Source: a virus
Strand: one strand, 5' to 3'
DNA length: 64,000 bases
Virus record (IMG/VR): IMGVR_UViG_3300050505_000309
Location: 26,764-90,763 of that record
Position numbers and translations under genes: made by a program. The notes beneath the pieces are model-generated. The model was not told where the DNA came from and ran no database searches. It was given only the letters and a program-made list of their open reading frames with translations. Within the stretch, counting starts at the first letter, position 1. Each line of letters starts with the position of its first letter. Below, one piece after another: positions 8,824 to 16,565 of this stretch.

Positions 8824-9017
8824 GCCGCTACGGCGACCCGACCGGCTGGCGGTACTACCAGGAGTGGGCGATCTGCATCGCGATCGCGCTGGGCGAGACC
8901 GTCCGGGAGAACGTCCGCAAGCTGTGGGTATACCCCCTCCTGAGCCTGCTCTGGCTCATCGAGGGGCGGTGGTACGCGCGCCGGTGGAACCGCAAGAACC
9001 CCGAGAAAGGGGTCTAG
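8820..9017 (+). CDS. small membrane-associated protein (65 aa)
   Basis: Coupled start; two hydrophobic segments. Confidence 0.6.
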   Translation: MSRYGDPTGWRYYQEWAICIAIALGETVRENVRKLWVYPLLSLLWLIEGRWYARRWNRKNPEKGV

Positions 9018-9412
9018 TGATTCCCGTCGGCGTCCTCATCCTCCTGGGGCTCGGGGCGCTCTGGGCCGTGTGGCACGGCGCGGCCCTCTGGATCTCGTAG
9101 CCGCCCCTCCCGCCGCCGCGCGCGGTCCGCTCGCAGGAGCTCGGTGAGCGATCGCGCGTGGTCCGGCGCGGTCAGCACATCCAGCGCCCACCGCACCGCC
9201 GAGAGATCGGCCCGGAGGAAGCTCTGGAGCCCCGCCTGATCCGGCACCGCCCCCCCGTTGCGCGTCTGCGTGGCCGCCATCGCCAGCCGTTGCTCGAGCC
9301 GCACGATGATCTTCTCCAGCCGCGCGAGGCGACTTCGCTCGTCGCGGGCGAACCGGCGATCCGGGTGCAGGCGCTCGAGCGTCGGCGCGGGCTCGTTCCA
9401 GGCCTGACTCAT
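9014..9412 (-). CDS. hypothetical protein (132 aa)
   Basis: ATGA overlap with upstream gene; last gene of the leftward arm. Confidence 0.6.
   Translation of the reverse strand: MSQAWNEPAPTLERLHPDRRFARDERSRLARLEKIIVRLEQRLAMAATQTRNGGAVPDQAGLQSFLRADLSAVRWALDVLTAPDHARSLTELLRADRARRREGRLRDPEGRAVPHGPERPEPQEDEDADGNH
9017..9100 (+). CDS. tiny single-TM protein (27 aa)
   Basis: TAGTG overlap; VIPVGVLILLGLGALWAVWHGAALWIS. Confidence 0.45.
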   Translation: MIPVGVLILLGLGALWAVWHGAALWIS

Positions 9413-10158
9413 GCGAAGGCCTTCGTCACCACACCCGCCCCGCAGCTCCGGCACTCGAACACGATCATCTTCCTCTCGCCGTCTGGCACGTCCTGCTCCG
9501 GGTTGCGCGTCATGGGGGAGAACTTCCCGCACGCCGGGCACTCGAAGTACGCGAAGGCCTTGAAGCCCCCCGCCTCGTAGGTCCCGATGAACTCCTGACA
9601 GACCATCTCGACCAGCAACCCCTCGGCCAGGTCCTCCGGTGCCCGCCCCTCCCCCTCCAGGATCTTCTTCGCCGACTCGATCGCCCGCTGGTAGATCTCC
9701 CACTGGTCCGGGAAGAACCGCAGCCGCTTCGTCACCATCCCCGCCGCCGGCCCGTCCACCCGCTTCATGATCAGCTCTTCGAGCTCGCGGTAGGTCATCG
9801 TCCGCCCCCGGGCGATCCACTCCTCGGCATTGTCCGGCGTGATCACCTGGGCAATCAAGCGCCGATTGCTCCGCGGGATCTGGTCGAACGCCTCCCGGAA
9901 CTTCGGGATCTCGAGGGCCAGCTTGAACTCCCGGATGAGCCGCTGGAACGACCGCGCGTGCACCCGGGCCGCCGAATCCTGCTCCTGGCCCTTGAATCGT
10001 TCCCGCAGGTACTCCGCCGTGCTGCGATACCCCCGGAGCCGATAGTACCCGTTCTTGTGATTCTCGAAGAGCGCCGACGCGAGATGGTAGTCGCTGTCCG
10101 TCTTGGCGAGCAGCGCCGTCGCGATCGCGGCGTCGTTCTCTTCGGGGCTCGCCGTCAC
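9409..10158 (-). CDS. hypothetical helical protein with C-terminal Zn ribbon
   Basis: CPACG...CRSCG at the C-terminus; coupled GTG start. Confidence 0.75.
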   Translation of the reverse strand: MTASPEENDAAIATALLAKTDSDYHLASALFENHKNGYYRLRGYRSTAEYLRERFKGQEQDSAARVHARSFQRLIREFKLALEIPKFREAFDQIPRSNRRLIAQVITPDNAEEWIARGRTMTYRELEELIMKRVDGPAAGMVTKRLRFFPDQWEIYQRAIESAKKILEGEGRAPEDLAEGLLVEMVCQEFIGTYEAGGFKAFAYFECPACGKFSPMTRNPEQDVPDGERKMIVFECRSCGAGVVTKAFA

Positions 10159-10322
10159 GGGCGTCCGGGCACCATCCGCTCCTCAAGGAGCCGCCGACAG
10201 TCCTCCTCCAGTCGCGTGATCCGCTCCTTGAGCCGCCCGTTCTCCTCGAGGATCTCATCCCGCGACCGCTCTCGTGGTGCCCCGAACCGCCCGACTGGCT
10301 CTGGCGCTGCCCGCATTGGCAT
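10155..10322 (-). CDS. small coiled-coil protein (55 aa)
   Basis: GAGGAGG SD; EILEENGRLKERITRLEEDCRRL. Confidence 0.6.
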   Translation of the reverse strand: MPMRAAPEPVGRFGAPRERSRDEILEENGRLKERITRLEEDCRRLLEERMVPGRP

Positions 10323-10330
10323 TCCTCCTC

Positions 10331-10621
10331 TCACAATGTTTCTCCCCCATCCACGTACCGGACCGGCGGCCGCTCGCTATTACCTGGCCGCACCAGCCGA
10401 TGCCTCGGATGCAGGACGTCGTCGTCATGCAGCTCCGGCAAGACCACATCCAGAATCCGGTCCAACGTGATCACCTTCTGCACCACCCCCGCCGCCAACC
10501 GCATCCCCTCGGGCCGATCCGCCGGAAGCGCCGCGAGCGTCTGCGCGATGAGCGCGTCCAGCTCGCCGTAGCGCGCGAGCGCGTCCTGGAGCGTCGGCGG
10601 CGGCAGATTCTTTCGGCTCAT
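10331..10621 (-). CDS. hypothetical protein (96 aa)
   Basis: ATGA overlap with the CmcI-type gene stop. Confidence 0.6.
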   Translation of the reverse strand: MSRKNLPPPTLQDALARYGELDALIAQTLAALPADRPEGMRLAAGVVQKVITLDRILDVVLPELHDDDVLHPRHRLVRPGNSERPPVRYVDGGETL

Positions 10622-11280
10622 ACCCGCCGCAGGTATCCCCGGGGGTTGTAGGTCGTCAGATACTCCCGCGTCGTGTCGATCACGAACTCCTCCCCGAAGT
10701 CCGCGAGGAAGATCTCGACCGCCTCCCAGGGACCAGGTCCGTGCCCCGGATAGATCGGGTGGCCGTTGATGTTCGTGTCTTCCACGATCAGGTAGCCCCC
10801 GCGCGGCACGAGTTCCTGGTACGCCACCATCTCGGCCAGCACGTGCTGACACGCATGGTCGGAATCGAGGATCACGAGCGCGGAGCGGCCCGCCGCAAGC
10901 TGCTTCACCTGCGCCACCGTCGCGGGAGCCACCGAGTCGCCCAGGACATACGTGAGCCGATTGTGAACCGGCGGCAGCGGCCCCCGTGGTTCCCGGTCGA
11001 TCGTGAAGACGTGGCCGTGCCCCAGGAGTTGGCAGAGATGCGCGAGGTAGAGCGCAGAGCCCCCGTAGCACGTGCCCGTCTCGACCACGACGTCGGGCAT
11101 CAGGTCAAACATGATCTGCTGGTAGGCCAGGAGGTCCACTGGGTTTTTCAGGATCGGCACGCCGAAGTACTTCACCCGGTCGAGGTTGCCGCACCGTCGC
11201 CAGATCTCCTGGAAGGCGTCGACCACGCGGACGTCGTCCGGCCGGAGCTCCATGTCGCTCCCCCGCATCTCGATCGTCAT
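10618..11280 (-). CDS. CmcI/rhamnosyl O-methyltransferase family SAM methyltransferase
   Basis: KNPVDL, PDVVVETGTCYGGSAL, VILDSDH, GGYLIVEDT and YNPRGYLRR motifs. Confidence 0.92.
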   Translation of the reverse strand: MTIEMRGSDMELRPDDVRVVDAFQEIWRRCGNLDRVKYFGVPILKNPVDLLAYQQIMFDLMPDVVVETGTCYGGSALYLAHLCQLLGHGHVFTIDREPRGPLPPVHNRLTYVLGDSVAPATVAQVKQLAAGRSALVILDSDHACQHVLAEMVAYQELVPRGGYLIVEDTNINGHPIYPGHGPGPWEAVEIFLADFGEEFVIDTTREYLTTYNPRGYLRRV

Positions 11281-12053
11281 GCCGTCTCCGGCTCCGGCGT
11301 GAAGCACGCGCAATCCGATCCGCCGAAGCAATCCAGTTGCTCGTTCGCCAGCGCGCGCCGGCGAAACTCCACGAGCGTCAGCGGCCGCATCCGCCCGCCC
11401 CGTCGGTCTCGCAGGATCGCCACGTCCTTGCCGAGAAACACCCGCAGCTCTTGCTCCCGCCGCGCGTGGGCATCGAAGCGCTCCGGGAAATGCTTGAGGA
11501 GGAGCTGGAACTGCTCGTGCCCGGCCTTCACGCAAAAGCCCCCGCAGTTGTTGTGCTTGAACCCGAGCGCGTAGAGCCGAGGCTCCTTGAGGCCGACCAT
11601 CCGCATCAGGTCGCGCACGTCGTCCTTGTCCATCGGCGGATCCTCGAGGAGCGGCGCACGCACCGTCCAGGGTGCCCAGTACGTCGCCGCCCGCGCCATC
11701 CGCGCCGCCTCATCGCCATCAAACCCGAGGTACACCGTGGTGGCCCCGGGCTCGCACTCGCGGTCGAGCCAGTCGCGGAGCAGCTCGCGTTTCAGGATTC
11801 GCGAGCAGAGATCCACGCGGGTGTTGCCCAGGAACCGCCGGTCGAAGAACACCTGCCAGGGATCCCGCCCGTCCGCCACTCGCGTGATCGGGACCCCGAG
11901 GTCCGCGCTGGCCTCGTCGAGGAAGCGGTAGAGATCCTCGTCCTCGATCAGCGTGTCCGCGAAGAGCAGCGTCGCCGCCTTCCCCCGCTCGATCACCCGC
12001 TTCGCCGTCGCCCAACTCGCCCCTCCGCCCGAGAACATCACGATGTGCCTCAC
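11277..12053 (-). CDS. PAPS-reductase-like PP-loop protein
   Basis: VMFSGGGAS PP-loop, FADTLIED, HNNCGGFCVKAG, C-terminal DCAC. Confidence 0.8.
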   Translation of the reverse strand: MRHIVMFSGGGASWATAKRVIERGKAATLLFADTLIEDEDLYRFLDEASADLGVPITRVADGRDPWQVFFDRRFLGNTRVDLCSRILKRELLRDWLDRECEPGATTVYLGFDGDEAARMARAATYWAPWTVRAPLLEDPPMDKDDVRDLMRMVGLKEPRLYALGFKHNNCGGFCVKAGHEQFQLLLKHFPERFDAHARREQELRVFLGKDVAILRDRRGGRMRPLTLVEFRRRALANEQLDCFGGSDCACFTPEPETA

Positions 12054-12448
12054 CCGCGCGTGATCCCCGCCTCCAGAATCTCCTCCGCCACCGCCCACTT
12101 CGATGCTTTCCGCACGATCTTCCAGGCGAATTGCTCCGCCCCCAGCCCGTAGATCACGAGCCGTCCCTTCCGAAACGCCTGATCGACCATGTCGTGGTGC
12201 CAACGGCAGAGCCAAATGACGTTGGAGGCCAGATCCGCTCCACCGAGAGACCGAGGGACGACGTGGTGGGGATCGCACCCAGGGTGATCGTAGGTACAGA
12301 TCTCGCACCGCCCACGAGCTCGAGCCTGAACGTGTTGGACCACGGCCTTCCAGCCCTCGACCGTCTCCGACGGCCGCCCCACCGCCAGCTTCCCACCCGC
12401 CTGGCGGCGTTCCTGAGCCGCGCGGCCCAGCCGCCCGGTCCGCCGCAT
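12050..12448 (-). CDS. HNH endonuclease
   Basis: RCEIC...PHHVVPRSLGG...NVIWLCRWHH. Confidence 0.88.
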   Translation of the reverse strand: MRRTGRLGRAAQERRQAGGKLAVGRPSETVEGWKAVVQHVQARARGRCEICTYDHPGCDPHHVVPRSLGGADLASNVIWLCRWHHDMVDQAFRKGRLVIYGLGAEQFAWKIVRKASKWAVAEEILEAGITRG

Positions 12449-12491
12449 GGGCGAGCGCCGGATCGCGGCCCGTAGGCCCCTTCCCGGCCCG

Positions 12492-13142
12492 CTAGCGGCC
12501 AAATACGAAGCCCCGCGCGGTCAGGCATTCCCGGTAGCGCGCCTCGTCCGGTCCGTCAGCCCGATAGGAGAACCGCCCAGCCGAGGTCACCTGCTCGAGC
12601 ACGACGCGCCCACCGGAGCAGGCGTGGTGGGCATCGAGCACCGCCGCCTGGGCCTTCGGGATCCGCCAGAACGTCCGGCATACCCCGAACAGACACGCCA
12701 CCACGGGCACGCTCTCCCGCGGCCCCGCGAGCGCCCCGAAGCGAACCACTGGCGTTTCACCCGCCCCCCCGGTCGTTCCGCCCGACGGCCCCGCCGTCCC
12801 GCCCGGCGCGCTTCCCGTTCCACCGGGCGCTCCACCCGCTGGCGCGCCCGCCGGTGCGCCGCCTGGCGCTCCGCCGCTCGGCCCCGACCCGTGACTCCAC
12901 GCCGTGCCCGCCACCGCGATGACCAGCAGCAGCGCCAGCGTCAGCGGCCGCCCGGGGACGCCCAGCGGCTTACTCGGAATCTTGTAGCCCTCGCTCTGCC
13001 ACCGCCGCAGCATGTACTGCAATCCGCGAAGGCTGATCTTGAGCGCCTCCGCTGTGCCCGCGCGATTGCCCTCCAGTCGCTCGAGGATGCCCAGCACGTA
13101 GGTGCGCTGAAAGTCGCGCAACGGGACGATGTCATCGGCCAT
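12492..13142 (-). CDS. Fis-type HTH fused to TM helix, Gly-rich linker and Cys-containing domain
   Basis: LERLEGNRAGTAEALKISLRGLQYMLRRW (HTH_8-like); LALLLVIAVAGTAW helix; GGAGG SD. Confidence 0.72.
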   Translation of the reverse strand: MADDIVPLRDFQRTYVLGILERLEGNRAGTAEALKISLRGLQYMLRRWQSEGYKIPSKPLGVPGRPLTLALLLVIAVAGTAWSHGSGPSGGAPGGAPAGAPAGGAPGGTGSAPGGTAGPSGGTTGGAGETPVVRFGALAGPRESVPVVACLFGVCRTFWRIPKAQAAVLDAHHACSGGRVVLEQVTSAGRFSYRADGPDEARYRECLTARGFVFGR

Positions 13143-13980
13143 CAGGCCCTCCGGGGTCAAGGGAACGGCGATCGCCATCGGGATCGGTCCGTGCGAGCTT
13201 GAACAGGGGGTCCTGCTCCATCGGCGGCCGCGCGATGCCATCCGGCGGCGCGTACGGGCGACGCGGCTCGATCGGCCCCAACCGCTCCGCGAGTTCGCGG
13301 ATCGAGGCCTGGACCTGCTCGCGCGACACCGGCTCCTCCGGCGCGGCGGGCAGCGCGGGAGCTGTCGTCGATCGCCCCGGCTCAAGCGCGCGCTGGGCGA
13401 TGGCCCGGCGACCGTCCGGACTGAGCGCCAACACGTGCTCGCGGTGATCCACCGCGTGATCCCAGCTCCCGCGCGTCTCGTTGTTCGTGATCTCGAAGAT
13501 CCCCGGCAGATACGCGGGCGTGCGGCCGGGGAGATGCCGCGAGTACGCGCGGTACCGCTCGATGAACTCGTGGCGCTGATACCCGAACGCCTCCGCATCG
13601 TCGCTGGTCGGATCCGGGAGTCGCGCGGCTTGCCCGGCCCAGCCGCCGAGCGCGACGATGGTCATGTGCATCACGGGATCGCCGAAGTCGACCGACTGGT
13701 AGCTGCCGATGTGGCCCACCGCCGCGACGTAGCGGTCCCAGGCCAGCACCGCCTGGTCCTTCGCGTCGCCCAGGACGGCCGTGCGCAGACTCGCGATCGT
13801 CGGGAAAAACTCGCTCGCGCGCCGACGCTCGCCGAGCGCCCGCACCACGTCGTCGATCTCGAGATCGCGCAGGTCCTCGAAGTAAACCGCCACCCGCTGC
13901 GGCGTGAACTGGATCCCGTACGCCTCCGCCGTCGCCGTCATCGCCTGCCCAAACCGCTCGTAGTCGCGTTCGCGATTCAT
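13132..13980 (-). CDS. replication accessory protein (helicase loader/inhibitor-like, DUF6475-like)
   Basis: Coupled to the initiator; FFPTIASLR, AVLAWDR and SVDFGDP motifs typical of phage genes following rep. Confidence 0.65.
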   Translation of the reverse strand: MNRERDYERFGQAMTATAEAYGIQFTPQRVAVYFEDLRDLEIDDVVRALGERRRASEFFPTIASLRTAVLGDAKDQAVLAWDRYVAAVGHIGSYQSVDFGDPVMHMTIVALGGWAGQAARLPDPTSDDAEAFGYQRHEFIERYRAYSRHLPGRTPAYLPGIFEITNNETRGSWDHAVDHREHVLALSPDGRRAIAQRALEPGRSTTAPALPAAPEEPVSREQVQASIRELAERLGPIEPRRPYAPPDGIARPPMEQDPLFKLARTDPDGDRRSLDPGGPDGR

Positions 13981-14966
13981 GATTTCTCCAGTGACGCGAG
14001 GAGCCGCCCCGCCTCGGCCACCGCCTCGATGTTCGCGCGAGTTTTCCCGGACAGACTCGCGAGCCACTTGTTGTCCCCGTGCGCGACGAGCTTGCCGAGT
14101 TGGCTGTTGAACACGCGGAACGTGTAGCCCGCCTCCTGCAACCACGGCGAGTTCATGCGGAAGAATCCCTCGACGAAGATCAGCACCTTGTCGGACCCGT
14201 AGGTCTTGAGCATCGCTTGCGCGAGTTTCGCCTCGGCTCCGCCCATCGGCGGATGCGGCGCGGAAAATTTCTCGCGGAATTTCTGATCGAACACCGCCAG
14301 CAATTCCTTGATCGGGTGGTGGCCGTTCGTGCCGTGGCCGTTGCGGCTGCTCAGGCCGCTGTTCGGTGGGCTCGGCGTTGGGTTGTCCGGCGGTTCCACA
14401 GTCGCCGAAGCCGAAGGCTCGGCAAGAGAGGCTCCGGCTACGGCTCTGGCTCCGGATCTGGATCTGGTTCTGGCTAAGGCTCTGGCTCTGGGCTTCGAGG
14501 GGGCTTCGATGGGGCTTGGAAGGTCCTTCGGAGGGCCTTCATTTCGGGGGACATCTTGCAGGTGGTAAGCCTCCGCGTACAGGTCAAGAAAGTCATTGAA
14601 GAACGGGGTGTTGCGGACGGACTCTAGATCGCGTTTGATGCCGATAACGTTCTTGTCTTTCGCCTGGAGCGCATTCCCGATCTGAATGCTCGCCATCTTG
14701 GGGATCCAGACGTGTTCTGTGACCTCGTCGTAGTAGGCAAATCCCTCTTCGGAGAGCCTCCGAAGGGCCTCCAAAGCCCCTTCCAAGGGGCTTGCTGTTT
14801 CATGGCAGAGCGTCGGGAGCGGGAGGTAGTAGAGCCCGAGCCAGGAGGCGGTTGGACACGTCACCAGATAGGCGGCGACGACGAGAGTCTGATGCCCGTG
14901 CTTGCGGAGTTCGCGTCCGGTGGAACCCGTCCAGAACTGAGGGAGGACCTTGCCGTAGTTGCGCAT
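13977..14966 (-). CDS. phage replication initiator / replisome organiser
   Basis: N-terminal winged-helix-like YGKVLPQFW...YLVTCP...GLYYL; low-complexity linker; DnaB_2-like C-terminal helices; position before loader gene. Confidence 0.78.
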   Translation of the reverse strand: MRNYGKVLPQFWTGSTGRELRKHGHQTLVVAAYLVTCPTASWLGLYYLPLPTLCHETASPLEGALEALRRLSEEGFAYYDEVTEHVWIPKMASIQIGNALQAKDKNVIGIKRDLESVRNTPFFNDFLDLYAEAYHLQDVPRNEGPPKDLPSPIEAPSKPRARALARTRSRSGARAVAGASLAEPSASATVEPPDNPTPSPPNSGLSSRNGHGTNGHHPIKELLAVFDQKFREKFSAPHPPMGGAEAKLAQAMLKTYGSDKVLIFVEGFFRMNSPWLQEAGYTFRVFNSQLGKLVAHGDNKWLASLSGKTRANIEAVAEAGRLLASLEKS

Positions 14967-15295
14967 CAGATCTCCGCTCCCGGCGGCGCGCGATTCCGCG
15001 AGATCGGACGCGAGACGACGCGCGGGACACAGGCCGCTGCGGGGCAGACTGGTGCGATCTCGAGGACCACGAAACAGAGTTGCGGTGGAACGAGCAACGG
15101 CAGAAACATCGCCCAGGAGACGCTCGCAATCTCATCGTCTCCATCGGCCCCGTCGTAGATGCCCGCGATCCACATGGGATCGGGCAAGCTCGCGTGGGCC
15201 AGTGGGGTCAGGCTGATGAGGCAGGCGATCAGCACGAGCAGCACGACGTGCGCAAACAACGGGAGGTGCCGGTCGTCGACTCCGCTCGTCTTCAA
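14966..15295 (-). CDS. membrane-targeted leader protein with C-terminal RAPP motif (putative translation arrest peptide)
   Basis: TTG start with GGGGGAGG SD; signal-like helix to AHA; DPMWIAGIYDGADGDD; RAPP at 14981-14992; TGATG overlap with rep. Confidence 0.65.
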   Translation of the reverse strand: MKTSGVDDRHLPLFAHVVLLVLIACLISLTPLAHASLPDPMWIAGIYDGADGDDEIASVSWAMFLPLLVPPQLCFVVLEIAPVCPAAACVPRVVSRPISRNRAPPGAEI

Positions 15296-15462
15296 CCGGC
15301 CTCCCCCAAGAAGCGCTCCGTGGATCCGGCCTCGCTACCGGCCACCGCTGGGCTCCTTGGGAAAGCCGGCGATGTTTCCACGGAACTCGGATACGTCCAC
15401 GTGGTGCAGCAACTTCTACCTGACGTGGACGGATGACTCAGTTATTTCGACTGTGCGACGTG

Positions 15463-15492
15463 ATCCTATGCCGCCGCCCCCGCGAACGCCAA
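15463..15492 (-). promoter_or_regulatory. sigma70-type promoter for the RAPP-rep operon
   Basis: TTGGCG (15487-15492) - 18 nt - TAGGAT (15463-15468) on the minus strand. Confidence 0.5.
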
Positions 15493-15510
15493 GAGAAAAA
15501 TGCATCGCGA

Positions 15511-15552
15511 TCGTCCACAAATCATCCACAGGTTGTCCACATGCGTGGACGG
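15511..15552 (+). promoter_or_regulatory. DnaA-box-like array
   Basis: TCGTCCACA, TCATCCACA and TTGTCCACA head-to-tail at 11-bp period (15511, 15522, 15533), plus weak inverted copy at 15544-15552. Confidence 0.65.
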
Positions 15553-15558
15553 GAAATT

Positions 15559-15930
15559 TTACGACGCGGGCGGGACTTGCGGACCTGGCACCACAACGGC
15601 CGGCGCGACGATCGTTCGCCGTCGATATGGATTCGCCCTGCGCGCGCGCCACACGGTCGCCTGCTTGAGGGCGTTGCAGTTGGCACATAGCGTCTGAAAC
15701 CCTGGTGGGAGCCGCCGACGTAGAAGTAGGGCGTAGAAGTGGACGCCAGCCTTCAAGCGATGCCGACCGTCCCGAGCAGCGCGTTCGAGATAGCCGTCGT
15801 CGTTCACATGGTCGAGCTGTAGGGCGTCCAGGTTCGAGTAACCGCAGAGCACGCACGCGAGCCTCCCGTTCCCGTAATGCGTGAGCACGATCACCTTGTT
15901 CCGCTCGCGACAACGCTGCCGAGCCACCAT
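15559..15930 (-). CDS. HNH endonuclease (C-terminal part of an apparently split gene)
   Basis: CVLCG...LQLDHVNDDG...LCANCNALK. Confidence 0.8.
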   Translation of the reverse strand: MVARQRCRERNKVIVLTHYGNGRLACVLCGYSNLDALQLDHVNDDGYLERAARDGRHRLKAGVHFYALLLRRRLPPGFQTLCANCNALKQATVWRARRANPYRRRTIVAPAVVVPGPQVPPAS

Positions 15931-16064
15931 GCTCGTTCGGGGAATCGTTGACGCCAGCGGCGAGCCACGGTGGCCATGTAGCTAGGGTTGTTCTGTCGCC
16001 ACCCCTGGAGATACGCTAGCCGCCGTTCTCGGTCCTCCGCCGTCTCGGTCCGCCGTCTTGTCAC
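15891..16064 (-). CDS. basic helical ORF, probable N-terminal half of the HNH gene
   Basis: GGAGGA SD before GTG 16064; RERRLAYLQGWRQNNPSY resembles HNH N-terminal helices; overlaps the next ORF by 40 nt. Confidence 0.5.
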   Translation of the reverse strand: MTRRRTETAEDRERRLAYLQGWRQNNPSYMATVARRWRQRFPERAWWLGSVVASGTR

Positions 16065-16290
16065 CCCAGATCCTCCGCGTGATGTCTCTTTGAGCAAAGA
16101 ATCCGAGATAGGAAGCCAGCGCTAGCACGGTGGTGGTATCAGCGGGACCGATCGCCATCTTCCAGTGCCCGAAGTCGATGGCGAAGCCGCCGATCAGGAT
16201 GCGGCCCGTGAGCACGATGGCGGCGGGGATGGCCAGCGTGCAGGTCCAGGATGGCGAGCCGCTGGCGTCGCGGACGAGGCGGAGCTTCAT
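15982..16290 (-). CDS. small 2-TM membrane protein
   Basis: ATGA overlap; two hydrophobic segments. Confidence 0.65.
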   Translation of the reverse strand: MKLRLVRDASGSPSWTCTLAIPAAIVLTGRILIGGFAIDFGHWKMAIGPADTTTVLALASYLGFFAQRDITRRIWGDKTADRDGGGPRTAASVSPGVATEQP

Positions 16291-16565
16291 GGGCACCGGA
16301 GTGGCCGCTCACCGAGTCGGTAGAGCAGCCGGTTCGCCTGCGCCTCGAGTTGGTCGATCTCCACGGCCCGCTGCGTCATCACGGCCTCCGTCGCGCGCAA
16401 CTGCTCGAGCACTACCTCGTCGGCCTGGTCCATCGTCCGGAGCCGGTCCCGCTTGTTCGCCAGATCGATCCAGTGATCCCACCCGCGCCGCGCGGCCCGG
16501 AGCACCTCGGAGAGCCGCTCGGAGAGTTCCTGCTCTTCGCGCGTGCGTTCAGCACGCCGTTTCAT
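16287..16565 (-). CDS. coiled-coil hypothetical protein (92 aa)
   Basis: Heptad-rich helical sequence; coupled. Confidence 0.65.
   Translation of the reverse strand: MKRRAERTREEQELSERLSEVLRAARRGWDHWIDLANKRDRLRTMDQADEVVLEQLRATEAVMTQRAVEIDQLEAQANRLLYRLGERPLRCP

Noticed and set aside
9014-9100. 87-nt convergent overlap of the two arms as antisense control
   Set aside because: Both overlapping segments are short, low-confidence tails and no supporting structure was seen
12760-12900. GC-rich repeats as a CRISPR or VNTR
   Set aside because: They encode a Gly/Ala/Pro linker; there is no repeat-spacer structure
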